Shown here: positions 20,373 to 36,117 of the stretch, in pieces
Numbering within the stretch: position 1 is the first letter of the stretch
Layout: the number at the start of each line of letters is the position of its first letter
NCBI GenBank assembly: GCA_041687695.1
Contig: JAWLBL010000031.1
Coordinates: 39,540-103,539 of the forward strand
Source: Myxococcota bacterium
GTDB lineage: Bacteria > Myxococcota_A > UBA9042 > PHBI01 > JAWLBL01
Length of the DNA stretch: 64,000 nucleotides
Direction: 5' to 3'
The notes under the pieces: generated by a model
Told to the model about the DNA's origin: nothing
What the model saw: the letters and a program-made list of their open reading frames with translations, nothing else
The model's database searches: none
Translations under genes and position numbers: made by a program

Positions 20373-21580
20373 CCCGCGTCCTCATCGCCGACAAGCTCTC
20401 GCCGCGCGCCGCCGAGCGCCTGACCGCCGCCGGGCTCGAGGTGGCGACGCGCCCCGGCGTGTCGGGTGACGCGCTGACCGCGGCGTTGCGCGAGCTGGAC
20501 CCCGACGTGCTGGTGGTCCGGTCGACCAAGGTGCAGGCCGAGCACCTCGAGGCGGGGCGCGCGCTGGCGCTGGTCATCCGCGCCGGGGCCGGGGTGAACA
20601 CGATCGATCTCGCGACCGCCTCGCGGCGCGGCGTGCACGTCGCCAACTGCCCCGGCAAGAACGCGATCGCCGTGGCCGAGCTGGCGATGCTGCACCTGCT
20701 CAATTGCGACCGGCGGCTGGCCGACGCGACGGCGGATCTCAGGGCGGGGCGCTGGGACAAGAAGACGTACGGCAAGGGGCAGGGGCTGCACGGGCGGACG
20801 CTGGCGGTGCTGGGGACCGGCCCCATCGGGCGAGAGGTCGTGCGGCGGGCGCTGGCGTTCGGGATGCGGGTCGTGGCGTGGAGCCGGTCGCTGACCGACG
20901 AGGACGCGGCCGCGCTGGGCGTGCGGCGGGCCGACAGCCCGCTCGAGGCGTGCCGCGGGGCGGACGCGCTGTCGATTCACCTGGCGCTGGCGCCCCAGAC
21001 GCGCGGGCTGGTCGGGCGCGAGGTGCTGGCTGCGCTGAAGCCGGGGGCGGCGGTCGTCAACACGTCGCGGGCCGAGGTGGTCGACGAGGCGGCGCTGGCC
21101 GAGGCGGTGCGCGAGCGCGGGCTGCGGGCCGGGTTGGACGTGTTCGCGGGCGAGCCGGCGACCGGCGAGGCCGAGTTCCGGACGCCGCTGGCCGAGCTGC
21201 CCGGGGTGTACGGGACGCACCACATCGGGGCCAGCACCGCGCAGGCCGAGGACGCGGTGGGCGACGAGGTCGTGCGCATCGTGCAGTCCTTCGTGCGCAC
21301 CGGGCGGGTGCCCAACTGCGTGAACCTCGAGGAGCGCTCGCCGGCCACGCACGCGCTGGTCGTCCGCCACGAGGACCGGGTGGGCGTGCTGGCCAGCGTG
21401 CTCGAGCTGCTGCGCGAGGACGGCATCAACGTGCAGGAGATGGAGAACGTCATCTTCCAGGGGGCCGCCGCGGCCTCGGCGCGCATCCAGATCGACCGCG
21501 CGCCCTCGGACGGCGTCCTGGCGTGCCTCGACGCCGCCCCGCACGTGCTGGCGGTATCACTGGTGGCGCTGTCGCGATGA
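20369..21580 (+). CDS. serA: D-3-phosphoglycerate dehydrogenase-like protein with an ACT domain
   Basis: RAGAGVNTID, NAIAVAE, GTGPIG, NTSR, LDVF..EP, HIGAST motifs; C-terminal ACT (HEDRVGVLA); ATGA overlap with the peptidase. Confidence 0.85.
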   Translation: MTRVLIADKLSPRAAERLTAAGLEVATRPGVSGDALTAALRELDPDVLVVRSTKVQAEHLEAGRALALVIRAGAGVNTIDLATASRRGVHVANCPGKNAIAVAELAMLHLLNCDRRLADATADLRAGRWDKKTYGKGQGLHGRTLAVLGTGPIGREVVRRALAFGMRVVAWSRSLTDEDAAALGVRRADSPLEACRGADALSIHLALAPQTRGLVGREVLAALKPGAAVVNTSRAEVVDEAALAEAVRERGLRAGLDVFAGEPATGEAEFRTPLAELPGVYGTHHIGASTAQAEDAVGDEVVRIVQSFVRTGRVPNCVNLEERSPATHALVVRHEDRVGVLASVLELLREDGINVQEMENVIFQGAAAASARIQIDRAPSDGVLACLDAAPHVLAVSLVALSR

Positions 21581-21600
21581 CGCCGCGGCAACTCGGACCG

Positions 21601-21623
21601 GCGGAATCCGGTTTGGATTCCGC
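21601..21623. terminator. Hairpin downstream of serA (no U-tract)
   Basis: GCGGAATCC-GGTTT-GGATTCCGC, 9-bp perfect stem. Confidence 0.4.
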
Positions 21624-21672
21624 CTCGCGGCGCGCGGTGCTATAGGGACCGCCCACCCCGAGCGGAGGTCCC

Positions 21673-22044
21673 ATGTCCTACCAGGTCTACAAGGTCGTCC
21701 ACCTCATCGGCGCCTTCGCGCTGTTCCTGGCCATCGGCGGGCTCTTCCTGCACGCCATCAACGGCGGCACCCGCGACTCCAACGCCTCGCGCAAGCTGGT
21801 CGCCATCAGCCACGGCGTCGCCTTGTTCATCGTCCTGCTCGGCGGCTTCGGCATGCTGGCCCGCCTCGGGATCACCGGCGCCTTCCCCGGCTACATCTGG
21901 TTCAAGCTGGTCATCTGGCTGGTGATGGGCGCGATCATCGCCATCCCCTACCGCGTGCCCAGCCTGGCCCGCCCGCTGTGGCTGTTGCTGCCCTTCATCG
22001 GCGGCCTCGCGGCCTGGGCGGCCATCTACAAGCCCTTCACCTGA
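21673..22044 (+). CDS. Four-TM membrane protein (SirB-like)
   Basis: YKVVHL start, four hydrophobic helices, ends YKPF; GGAGG RBS. Confidence 0.75.
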   Translation: MSYQVYKVVHLIGAFALFLAIGGLFLHAINGGTRDSNASRKLVAISHGVALFIVLLGGFGMLARLGITGAFPGYIWFKLVIWLVMGAIIAIPYRVPSLARPLWLLLPFIGGLAAWAAIYKPFT

Positions 22045-22051
22045 TCCCTGC

Positions 22052-27316
<5,265 letters not shown>

Positions 27317-27365
27317 CCTCGCCTCCAGCGGCCGAGGATACCGAAACGGAGCGTCCCGGGAACCC

Positions 27366-28430
27366 CTACCTCCGGCGCCTCCACCAGCCGCCCAGCAGCA
27401 GCGCCGCCAGGCCGCTCGCCAGCCCGGTCAGGCCGCCCGCCGCGCCGCCCGCGCACCCACCGGGGGCGCCCTCGGCGTAGTCCAGGTTCGGCGGCGCCTC
27501 GGCCAGCTGGCAGGCCGTGTCGCCCTCGCATTTGCGCCGCTCGAGGTGCTGCGCGATCGCGTGCTGGCACACCGAGCAGAACTCGTCGCCGTAGCTCTGC
27601 ATCTTGCAGCGGCCGGTCGGGTGGTAGATGCACTCGCTGAAGCCGCGCCCTCCCTCGTGCGCCCCGTCGTGGATGTGGGCCCACTTGGCGCCCGACGGGT
27701 TCGTCGACAGGTTCGGGTAGGTGGCCAGGTGGTGCTCCGTCACGCCGGCCTCGGTCGCGCAGCCGCCGAAGCCGCCGTACTCGTCGCCCAGGCCGAAGAT
27801 CGCGTGGCCCAGCTCGTGGACGAAGACGCCGTTGTGCGGGTCGACGTCGTTGGTCGAGATGCGCACGCGGCCCCAAGAACGCGGCGCCGCGGGCCGGTCG
27901 GCGTTGGCGCGCCCGTCCGAGCCGCGGATGACGGCCACCACGACGTCGAGGTCCGGCGCCTTCTTGCCGGCGGCGTCCAGCGTGGCCGCGTCCATGGTGA
28001 TGCGGCGGCGGCCCAGGGCGCCCTCGGGCGGGCCCAGGCTGGCGCCCAGCGGCGTGTCGGTCACGACGTCGTCGTTGACGCTGCCGCCGGTGGTCGGCAC
28101 CTCGACCAGGTGGATGTTGAACAGGGTCGGCTCGCGCGCGGTGAGAAAGCGCGTGGTCAGGGCCAGCGAGTCGACCAGATCGTACGCGTGGTCACGGAAC
28201 TCGCCCATCTGATCGGCCCGGTAGCCTTCGCTGACGAAGACCAGATCGATGGCGCGGTCGAGGTTCGGCTCGAGGATGTCGCTGGTCACCTTGGCGTTGC
28301 ACAGGGGCTGCCCGGACGGGCAGTCCCCACCGGCCGAGGCCGGCATGGATCCGGTGAGCATCAGGGCGGCGGCCACGACGACCGGGGTCGCGGCTATCTG
28401 AAGGGTTCGGATCGCCTCCGCTTTTCGCAT
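27366..28430 (-). CDS. Secreted M64-family (IgA peptidase-like) zinc metallopeptidase with a MYXO-CTERM-like tail
   Basis: IDLVFVSEGY, HELGHAIFGLGDEY, CKM..FCSVC motifs; C-terminal GGC-hydrophobic-RRRR. Confidence 0.85.
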   Translation of the reverse strand: MRKAEAIRTLQIAATPVVVAAALMLTGSMPASAGGDCPSGQPLCNAKVTSDILEPNLDRAIDLVFVSEGYRADQMGEFRDHAYDLVDSLALTTRFLTAREPTLFNIHLVEVPTTGGSVNDDVVTDTPLGASLGPPEGALGRRRITMDAATLDAAGKKAPDLDVVVAVIRGSDGRANADRPAAPRSWGRVRISTNDVDPHNGVFVHELGHAIFGLGDEYGGFGGCATEAGVTEHHLATYPNLSTNPSGAKWAHIHDGAHEGGRGFSECIYHPTGRCKMQSYGDEFCSVCQHAIAQHLERRKCEGDTACQLAEAPPNLDYAEGAPGGCAGGAAGGLTGLASGLAALLLGGWWRRRR

Positions 28431-28614
28431 GTCACTCCCGAAGGGCGCGTCGCCGCGGGCGCGGTCGGCGCGTCCAGGGGGAAACCAGGGTCTCCCGCTG
28501 TGGCGGCGCGGCCCCCGATCCCCGAACCGGGCGCCCTCACCGCGTTGGCTCGAGGGAGCCTAACCGGCCGGATTGCATAGCGAAAGCAGAATCGGTTACA
28601 AAACCGCCCAGGGG

Positions 28615-30060
28615 TTACAGGCCCAGCCGCAGCGCGGGCTCGTGGGGGTTCGCGTCCAGCTCCAGGCGGTCGAGCAGCGCGTTGTAGGCGACCGGCCGGC
28701 CGACCACGCTGACCAGCTCGCCCGGCCGCATCGCGTCCAGCTCGTCGTTGCGGGGGGCCGGGAAGCGGACGCCGACCCGGGCCTCACCGTCACCGAGGCG
28801 CGCGACCAGGGTCCGGCCCCCGCGGGCCAGCGGGTCGGGGTCGAGGCCGCAGGTCCACTCGATCGCCTCGACCCGCAGGCGCAGCTGGACCGGGTCGGCG
28901 GACGCCCGCGCCAGCGCCGCCGCACGCGCCGCCTCGTCGTGCGCGACCGCCTTGAGCCGCTCGGCCAGCGCCAGCAGCTCGGCCGACTCGCCGGCCTGCC
29001 GTGACGGGGCCTCGGCTTCGGCCGCGGCGATGGCCGGCAGCGCCGGGAGCCGCACCGTCAGCGGCGCGGTGGCCACCCAGTCCGGCCAGGCCGGGATCTC
29101 GATCTGCAGCGCCAGCCGCCAGGTCCGGCGGGCGTCCGGCAACGTCACCGTCGTCGGCGCGTCCGCCGGCAGCGCGATCGCGTCCTCGACCTCGACCGCC
29201 TCGCCGCGCGCCACCTGCCGGTTGGCCAGCAGCACCTGCTCGTGCAGCAGCACCTCCTCGGCCATGGCCGCCCGGCCCACGCTCAGGTGCTCGGTCGCCT
29301 CGAGCCGCGCGACGATCCGGCTCACGGTCACCTCGCGCTGCGCCGAAAAGCCCATCTTGATCGCGATCTTGCCGCCCGGAGTCGCGTCCTGCGGCGAGAC
29401 CTCGGCCCGCACCTCGCCCAGCCGATGCTGCGCGAAGTTGTTGCGCCCGAAGAGCCAGGCCAGCCCAAGCCCCAGCGCCAACACCGCCAGCCCGAACAGG
29501 ACATGGAGGCGCCCGGCGCCCGAGGCCAGGCCGCCATGCACGACGAACGCCGCCACCAACAGCGCCAGCCCCGGCGCAGCGCCGACCAGCAGCGTGGCCC
29601 CGGCCCCGGCGCCGCCGGACTGCGGCCGCTGCAGCCCCGCCGCGGCGACCGGCACGGCCTCCGACCCGGCCGCCGGCCGCAGCGCGATCTTGGCCGCCCC
29701 CACCAGATCCGGCCGCGGCGCCGCCCGGTCCACCCGCGCCTCGACCCACCAGTCCACGTCGAACAGCCGCCCCCGGCTCGACGGCACCCCGTCCGGCGCC
29801 TCGATCGCGAACGGCACCTCGACGGCCCCGTCGGGCCACGGCCCCTCTCGCACCACCTCGCTCGCCGTCACCGTCCGCGACTCGCCGTGGCGCCCGCGGA
29901 CCACGCGCACCACCTCGACCCGCAGCGGCGCCTCGCCCCACGCCGCCTCGGCCCTGATCGCCACGCGCCCGGTCACCCGCTCGCCGGACATGACCGCCCC
30001 CCGCGGCCGCCCCGCGCCCGCGGGCCCCTCGATCACCACCCGAATCGGCGAAGCAGGCAT
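28615..30060 (-). CDS. Hypothetical membrane protein with two arrestin/SpoOM-like beta-sandwich domains
   Basis: Two similar beta-rich segments (PFAIEAPDGVPS..W.VEA; IALPADAPTT..W.L) flanking two TM helices. Confidence 0.6.
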   Translation of the reverse strand: MPASPIRVVIEGPAGAGRPRGAVMSGERVTGRVAIRAEAAWGEAPLRVEVVRVVRGRHGESRTVTASEVVREGPWPDGAVEVPFAIEAPDGVPSSRGRLFDVDWWVEARVDRAAPRPDLVGAAKIALRPAAGSEAVPVAAAGLQRPQSGGAGAGATLLVGAAPGLALLVAAFVVHGGLASGAGRLHVLFGLAVLALGLGLAWLFGRNNFAQHRLGEVRAEVSPQDATPGGKIAIKMGFSAQREVTVSRIVARLEATEHLSVGRAAMAEEVLLHEQVLLANRQVARGEAVEVEDAIALPADAPTTVTLPDARRTWRLALQIEIPAWPDWVATAPLTVRLPALPAIAAAEAEAPSRQAGESAELLALAERLKAVAHDEAARAAALARASADPVQLRLRVEAIEWTCGLDPDPLARGGRTLVARLGDGEARVGVRFPAPRNDELDAMRPGELVSVVGRPVAYNALLDRLELDANPHEPALRLGL

Positions 30061-30216
30061 CGCACCCTCCCCAGCCCATCTCGAAGTCTCTCACCCGCCG
30101 CCGAGCTTACCGCCCCGCCCCCACGGCGCAACCCGCCCCCGGCCGGCGTCCACCCGGGGCTACCCACGCCCGCCCCGCCGTGGCACGGTCCGCCCCCGAC
30201 AAGGAGCCGCCGCCCG

Positions 30217-30930
30217 ATGCGCGTCGTCGAGGACACCCCCCGCCGCCTGGTCGTGCGCGACAGCCCGCGCGTCGCCCAGGCCCTGTTCATCCTGGCCCTG
30301 CTGGCCACCGCGGCCGGCGTCCTGTTCGAGATCGTGCGCCCCGTCTCGCTGCGTTGCCCCACCGGCGGCATGTGCGCGCTGCGCGAGTGGCGCGTCACGG
30401 GCGCCACCGAGCGCCGCTTCCCGATCTTCGCCGTCACCGGCGCCGGCGTCGAGCGCGACGGCGACCGCTGCCGGGTCGTCCTGGACGTCGGCGACCAGCG
30501 CGTCCCGATGAGCTCGCGCCTGTGGGACGACGAGGACGCCTGCGACGACGTGTCCCTGCTGCTCGACCGCGCCGCCCGCGAGCGTGCCCTGGGCGGCCTG
30601 CGCGTCGACGCCCCCGACCTGACCGTCGCCTACGTGACCCTGGTCCTGCTGGGCCTCGGCGTCCTGCTGGTCGTCCTGCTCTTCCCCACCCACGAGGCCG
30701 TCTTCGACGCCGAGGCCGGCCGCGTCACCATCACCCGCCGCGCGCCGCTGGTCCGCCAGACCGACCGCCTGCCCCTGGCCGAGATCGTCGCCGTCCGCCG
30801 CCACCGCGGCCTGACCGCCCGCGCCGTCTTCCTCGAGCGCGCCGGCGGGGGCCGCGCCGCCATCAGCGTCGGCCTCGGCCGCGAAGCCGCCGCCATGCAG
30901 CGCGTCCAGGCCTTCCTCGACCGCCGCTGA
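30217..30930 (+). CDS. Hypothetical membrane protein
   Basis: AAGGAG RBS, ATG 30217, two TM segments each followed by a small beta domain; strong GC3 bias. Confidence 0.65.
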   Translation: MRVVEDTPRRLVVRDSPRVAQALFILALLATAAGVLFEIVRPVSLRCPTGGMCALREWRVTGATERRFPIFAVTGAGVERDGDRCRVVLDVGDQRVPMSSRLWDDEDACDDVSLLLDRAARERALGGLRVDAPDLTVAYVTLVLLGLGVLLVVLLFPTHEAVFDAEAGRVTITRRAPLVRQTDRLPLAEIVAVRRHRGLTARAVFLERAGGGRAAISVGLGREAAAMQRVQAFLDRR

Positions 30931-30945
30931 CCCCTCCCGGCCGCC

Positions 30946-33525
30946 TCAGCCCTCGATCCGCAGCACCCGCACCAGCGGCCCCTCGGGCGCCTGGTCCTCG
31001 CGCAAGTCCACCACCGCCTCGACGGCCCACCCGGTCTCGCCCTCGCGGTCGCTCAGCAGCTGCGTCACCGTCCACCGCAGCCGCCCGTCCGGCGTGATGC
31101 GCGTCTTGTCCGCGTGCCGCGCCCGATGGTCGAACGCCACCGCCCCGTACTCCTCGACGAACGGCTCCAGCGCCTCGCGGAACCGCGCCGCGTCCCACCC
31201 CTCGCCCTCTTCGGCCTCGGGGTCCTGCGCCACCGTCGCCGCCGCCTCCTCCCAGTCCTGCTCGCTCAGCGCCTTCATCAGCGCGTGCAGCTCGGCCCGG
31301 ATGCGCGCGTAGAAGGTCCGCTTGTCCCGGCTGATGTCCAGCGGCGGCGGCGCCTGACCCGGCCCCGCCTCCGCGGCCTCGCCGACCACCATCCGCTCCC
31401 ACTCCTGCACCAGGCTCGAGTCCACGCGCCCCAGCGTCGTCCGGAAGTAGGCGACGACGTCGATCACCTCGTCGGTCTTGGCCTCGTCCGGCACCGTCTG
31501 CACCAGCACCTTGAACCCCTGCGACAGGTACCGCAGCAGCACCCCCTCCATCCGCTCGAGCCCCAGCTCCTTGACGTACTCGTTGAAGCTCATCCACCGC
31601 TCGACCATGTCGCGCATGATGGATTTCGGCCGCACGTTCTCGCCCTGCAGCCACGGGTGCCGCTCGACGAACGCGTCCAGCAGCGCGTACAGCAGCTCGG
31701 CGTGCGGCTTGGGGTAGCTGATCTTCTCCAGCGCCGCGATGCGCTCCTCGTACTCGACCCCCTCGGCCTTCATCCGCGCCATGGCCTCGGTCTTCAGCTT
31801 GTCCTCCTGCCGCGCCAGGATCGCCCGCGGGTGCTCCAGGATCGCCTCGACCAGCGTCACCACGTCCAGCGCGTAGTCCGGCCGCTCGGGCGGGAACGCC
31901 GCCAGCGCCTCGACCACGAACAGCGACAGCGTCTGCGTCAGCGAGAACTCGCGCTGCAGCGCCTCCTTCACGACCAGCGACTGCCCCCGCCCGAACGACG
32001 CCGGCACCGCCTCGACCACCCCCGACCGCATCAGCGACTTCACCAGCTGCCGCGCGTCCTTGCGCAGCCGCGACTTCGCCCCCGCCGCCTCGTGGCAGCG
32101 CCCGATCAGCGCGATCAGCCGCCGGTAGCCGCCCCCCGGCACATACGCGTTGTCCTCGCGCTGCAGCAGGTCGACGATCATCCCGTGCGTCACCCGAAAC
32201 CGCGACTCCAGCGTCTCGGGCGGGCTGTCGATCAGCTGCTGGAACGTCTCCTCGTTCCACGCCACGTAGCCCTTCTTGGGCGGCTGCTTCTTCACGAACT
32301 TCTTGCGCCCGGTGTCGGCCGCCTTCTTCTCGAGCCGCTTGTTCTCGATGACGTGCTCGGGCGCCTGCGCCACCACGTACCCGTGGTCGTCGAAGCCCTT
32401 GCGCCCGGCGCGCCCTGCGATCTGCTTGAACTCGCGCACCCCCAGCACGCCCACCTTGTCCCCCGAGAACTTGCACAGCTGGGTGAACATCACCGTGCGG
32501 ATCGGCACGTTGACGCCCACCCCCAGCGTGTCGGTCCCGCAGATGACGCTCAGCAGCCCCATCCGCGACAGCCGCTCGACCATCAGCCGGTACTTGGGCA
32601 GAAGGCCCCCGTGGTGCAGCCCCAGCCCGTGCCGCACGAACCGCTCCATGTCCTTGCCGTAGGGCGTGTCGAACCGGAACCCCTTCAGCTCGCGCGCGAT
32701 GGCCTCCTTGGTCGCGCGCGTGGCGAAGTCCACGCTCATCAGGCCCTGCACCTGCTCGGCCGCCTCGCGCTGCGTGAAGTGCACCAGGTAGATCGGCTGC
32801 CGGTTGCGGCTGACCAGCGCGTGCAGGGTCTCGAGCAGCGGCTCCTCGCTGTACGAGAACTCCAGCGGCACCGGCCGCTTGCCCGAGCGCACCTTGACGA
32901 TCTCGCGCTCGGTGAACGCGGCCACGCTCTCTTCGATCTTCGTCGTGTCGCCCAGCGTCGCCGACATCAGCAGGAAGGTCGCGTGCGGCAGCCCGATGAG
33001 CGGCAGCTGCCAGGCCCAGCCGCGGTCGCGGTCGCCGTAGTAGTGGAACTCGTCCATCACCACGAAGTCCGCCGCCGCCTGCTCGCCGGCGCGCAGCGTC
33101 ATGTTGGCCAGGATCTCGGCGGTGCAGCAGATGACCGGCGCGTCGCGGTTGACGGTGGCGTCGCCGGTCATCAGCCCGACCTTGTCGGCGCCGAAGGCCG
33201 CGCACAGGTCGAAGAACTTCTCGCTGACCAGCGCCTTGATGGGCGACGTGTAGAAGCTGCGCGCGCCCTTGGCGAGCCCGATGAGGTGCAGCGCCAGCGC
33301 GACGAGCGACTTGCCCGAGCCGGTCGGCGTCTCGAGGATGACGTGCCGGTCGCTCAGCAGCTCGAGGATGGCCTCCTCCTGGGCCGGATACAGCGCGATG
33401 CCGCGCTCGGCGACCCACTCGACGAAGACGTCGAACACGTCGTCGCCGCTGGGGCTCGGGCCGCACGCGGCCAGGCGCTGGACCAGGTTGGGGGCGCTGT
33501 CGGGGGAGGCGGAGGGCTCGGTCAT
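30946..33525 (-). CDS. Ski2/HelY-like DEAD/DEAH helicase (DUF3516-type C-terminus)
   Basis: TPTGSGKS, PIKALVSEKF, DEFH, SAT, HHGGLLP, QIAGRAGR, VDSSL..EWE motifs. Confidence 0.93.
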   Translation of the reverse strand: MTEPSASPDSAPNLVQRLAACGPSPSGDDVFDVFVEWVAERGIALYPAQEEAILELLSDRHVILETPTGSGKSLVALALHLIGLAKGARSFYTSPIKALVSEKFFDLCAAFGADKVGLMTGDATVNRDAPVICCTAEILANMTLRAGEQAAADFVVMDEFHYYGDRDRGWAWQLPLIGLPHATFLLMSATLGDTTKIEESVAAFTEREIVKVRSGKRPVPLEFSYSEEPLLETLHALVSRNRQPIYLVHFTQREAAEQVQGLMSVDFATRATKEAIARELKGFRFDTPYGKDMERFVRHGLGLHHGGLLPKYRLMVERLSRMGLLSVICGTDTLGVGVNVPIRTVMFTQLCKFSGDKVGVLGVREFKQIAGRAGRKGFDDHGYVVAQAPEHVIENKRLEKKAADTGRKKFVKKQPPKKGYVAWNEETFQQLIDSPPETLESRFRVTHGMIVDLLQREDNAYVPGGGYRRLIALIGRCHEAAGAKSRLRKDARQLVKSLMRSGVVEAVPASFGRGQSLVVKEALQREFSLTQTLSLFVVEALAAFPPERPDYALDVVTLVEAILEHPRAILARQEDKLKTEAMARMKAEGVEYEERIAALEKISYPKPHAELLYALLDAFVERHPWLQGENVRPKSIMRDMVERWMSFNEYVKELGLERMEGVLLRYLSQGFKVLVQTVPDEAKTDEVIDVVAYFRTTLGRVDSSLVQEWERMVVGEAAEAGPGQAPPPLDISRDKRTFYARIRAELHALMKALSEQDWEEAAATVAQDPEAEEGEGWDAARFREALEPFVEEYGAVAFDHRARHADKTRITPDGRLRWTVTQLLSDREGETGWAVEAVVDLREDQAPEGPLVRVLRIEG

Positions 33526-33646
33526 GGGCCAGCCTTACACCTTCGGCGGCCCGGCGGACACCCCCAATCGTGTCCGGCGCCGCCCGCGACACCGCGGCGA
33601 CGCGCCTCCCCCGCCGCGTGCGGGCGAGGGAGGCGGTCGTCGGTCG

Positions 33647-34357
33647 TCACATGCCCGGGCTGGACGGCTTGTCCGGCGAGGGCTCGAGGCCTGGCGACGG
33701 CTCGAGGCCCGGCGACGGAGCCGGCATCGGCTCGTCGGCGCCCGGCTGGCCCTCGTCGGGCAGCGGCGTCGACGGCACCGGGACGATGATGGTCGGCGGC
33801 TCCTCGCCCATGGGCTCGCTCGGCGCCGGCGTCGGCTCGGCGGCCGGCGGGATGGGCTCCACGGTCGGCGGCACCGGCTCCTGGCCGGTCGGCGGCGTCG
33901 GCTGCGCGGGCGGCGTCGGCTCGGTCGGCTGCGCGGGCGGCGTCGGCTCGGCCGGCTGCGCGGGCGTGCAGGCGCCGGAGCTCAACAGCTCGAGCTTGCC
34001 CTCGAGCGCGCCGATGTCGCGCTGCAGGGTCATCAGCGCCTGCGCGTCGATCTCGCCCCCTTGCGCGGCGCGCAGCTCGGACAGCTGCTGCTCGGCCGAG
34101 AGCTTGTCCTGCCGCAGCTGGCGGATCTGGCTGTCCAGCATCGGCTGGTTCTGCACCTGCTGCGAGACCTCGTTCAACTTCTGTTCGATCTCGATGAGCT
34201 TGCTGCGCGTCTGCTCCATCAGCGCCTGCAGCTCCTGATCGGCCTGCTGCTGGGACTCGATGGGCGCCGGCTCTCCCTGCGGCTCGCGCCGTTCGGTGCA
34301 GCCGACCACGGGCAAGCTCAACGACAGCGCGCCGAGCGCCAGGACGATGCGTCGCAT
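33647..34357 (-). CDS. Lipoprotein with a coiled coil and Pro-rich repeat tail
   Basis: Lipobox VVGC, Gln/Leu heptads, PAQPxEPTP and PSPGLE repeats; GGAGGAG RBS. Confidence 0.75.
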   Translation of the reverse strand: MRRIVLALGALSLSLPVVGCTERREPQGEPAPIESQQQADQELQALMEQTRSKLIEIEQKLNEVSQQVQNQPMLDSQIRQLRQDKLSAEQQLSELRAAQGGEIDAQALMTLQRDIGALEGKLELLSSGACTPAQPAEPTPPAQPTEPTPPAQPTPPTGQEPVPPTVEPIPPAAEPTPAPSEPMGEEPPTIIVPVPSTPLPDEGQPGADEPMPAPSPGLEPSPGLEPSPDKPSSPGM

Positions 34358-34456
34358 GGGTTCCTCCTCCGATGCGGGTTGCTGCCAACGAAAGCAGGGG
34401 CACCGACCTCGGCGGGTTCAAGCCTGTGAGACGCCTGGACTTTTCGCTCTCCCGCG

Positions 34457-35413
34457 CTACCGCTGGCCCAGCCACGGGATCCGGCCGCGCGACAGGCGGT
34501 CCAGCATCGCCTGCATGCGCTCCTCGACCTCGGCGTAGCAGCGCTGCACGACCGCCGGATCGTCGGCGTCCTGGGGGCGCAGGTCCGGCCAGGCGATGGG
34601 CTCGCCGAAGGCCAGCGTCGTCTGCGCGGGCAGCGGCAGATAGAAGAAGAAGGCCGGGAACAGGCCCCAGGGCAGCCCCAGCGCGATGGGGAAGACCTTC
34701 GCGCGCGCCCACACGTCCAGGCGCAGGGCGCGGGCCAGCCGCTCGCCGCGGCTCAGGATGATCAGCTGCTCGTGCGTGCCGGCGCTGACGACCGGCACGA
34801 TGGGGACGCCCGCGGTCAGGGCCAGCCGCACGAAGCCGGTGCGCCCGCCCAGCACCACCCGGTCGCGCTCGCGGAAGGGCCGCATCGTGTCGAGATCCGA
34901 CCCGGGATAGACCAGCGCCAGGTCGCCGCGCCGGAACACCGCGTGCGCGCTCGAGTGCCCCGCCCGCACGAGGCCCAGCTTGATGGCCGCCCGGTGCGCC
35001 GCCCGGTCGTAGAACACCAGGTCGTGCGCCAACGGCCGCACCACCCGCTCGACCCCCAGCCGGTCTTCGATGGCCGCCATCGTCAGTAGCGTGTCGATGG
35101 GCATCAGCCCGCCGTTGTGGTTGCCGACCAGCAGCGCCGCGCCCTCGGCCGGCACGTGCTCCACCCCCTCGACCCGCCAGCGAAACCACGACCGCGCCAC
35201 CGCCCGCGTCGTCTCCATCGCCCAGCGCACGAACGCGGGATCTCGCCCGTCCAGGTCGTCCTCGAGCCGCCGCCGCTTCAGCCCCAGCCCGTACCCCAGC
35301 ACCGTCACCACCGGCGCCGCCGGCGACGTCAGGTGCACGAAGTCGCGCCAGCGAAAGTGCTCGGGGATCTGCCGAAGGTACTGCCACGCGCCCACGCCCG
35401 CCTCCTCGTCCAT
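34457..35413 (-). CDS. Lysophospholipid/glycerol acyltransferase family protein
   Basis: GNHNGG..D, VYPG, RTGFVRLAL..GVPIVPV, FGEPI motifs. Confidence 0.88.
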   Translation of the reverse strand: MDEEAGVGAWQYLRQIPEHFRWRDFVHLTSPAAPVVTVLGYGLGLKRRRLEDDLDGRDPAFVRWAMETTRAVARSWFRWRVEGVEHVPAEGAALLVGNHNGGLMPIDTLLTMAAIEDRLGVERVVRPLAHDLVFYDRAAHRAAIKLGLVRAGHSSAHAVFRRGDLALVYPGSDLDTMRPFRERDRVVLGGRTGFVRLALTAGVPIVPVVSAGTHEQLIILSRGERLARALRLDVWARAKVFPIALGLPWGLFPAFFFYLPLPAQTTLAFGEPIAWPDLRPQDADDPAVVQRCYAEVEERMQAMLDRLSRGRIPWLGQR

Positions 35414-35448
35414 GTCAGGACATCTTCGGCACGGCCGCGCCGTCGTCT

Positions 35449-36030
35449 TCACCCTGCCGTGGCGGCAGCGTCCTCGGCGACACGACCAGCCGCGCGCGCC
35501 GCCTCCACACGCGCGACCACCTCGTCCACGGACCACTGGTCGTACGCGTGGCGGCCATACTGCGCGTCCACCACCACCCCGTCCGGCCCGACGAGCAGGT
35601 CCGCCGGCAGCCCCAGGTGCCCGCCCTCGCCGCGCGTCAGGCTCCACCGGTGCCGCCCGAACATGCCGCGCACCGCCGCCGGCCACCCCCGCGGGTCCAG
35701 CATCGCCCGCCACCCCGCCTCGACCCCGAACCGACGATACAGCGCCTTGTCCGGGTCGGCCACCACGGCGAACGGCAGGTCCCCCTGGTACGGCCGCATC
35801 GTCTCGGCCTCCGAGTGGAACAGCGCCACCTCGCGCACCCCCGCCGCCTCCAGCTCGCCCACCCGCCCCGCGAAGCTCCGCAGGTGCAGGTTGCAGATGG
35901 GACACCCGGCGAACCGCCGAAACTGCAGATGCACGAACCGCCCCTCGCCGTCCGGCACCCTCACCTCGCCATGCGCCAGCGACTCCAGCGTGAACGGCTC
36001 CAGGCGATCTCCCTTGGCGACGCGAGGCAT
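35449..36030 (-). CDS. AhpC/TSA peroxiredoxin-like redoxin
   Basis: FRRFAGCPICNLH, ADPDKALY, LPADLLVGPDG motifs. Confidence 0.85.
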   Translation of the reverse strand: MPRVAKGDRLEPFTLESLAHGEVRVPDGEGRFVHLQFRRFAGCPICNLHLRSFAGRVGELEAAGVREVALFHSEAETMRPYQGDLPFAVVADPDKALYRRFGVEAGWRAMLDPRGWPAAVRGMFGRHRWSLTRGEGGHLGLPADLLVGPDGVVVDAQYGRHAYDQWSVDEVVARVEAARAAGRVAEDAAATAG

Positions 36031-36117
36031 GCGACCGTCCTTCCTTCATCGAGGTCAGGCGGACCATGCCAGCGCGTCTCGTGGTGCGCAACGGCGTAGC
36101 TGCCGCGCGCGCGTCGA

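Noticed and set aside
35449..36030. Selenoprotein redoxin
   Set aside because: The active site is CPIC with ordinary Cys codons and no in-frame TGA.
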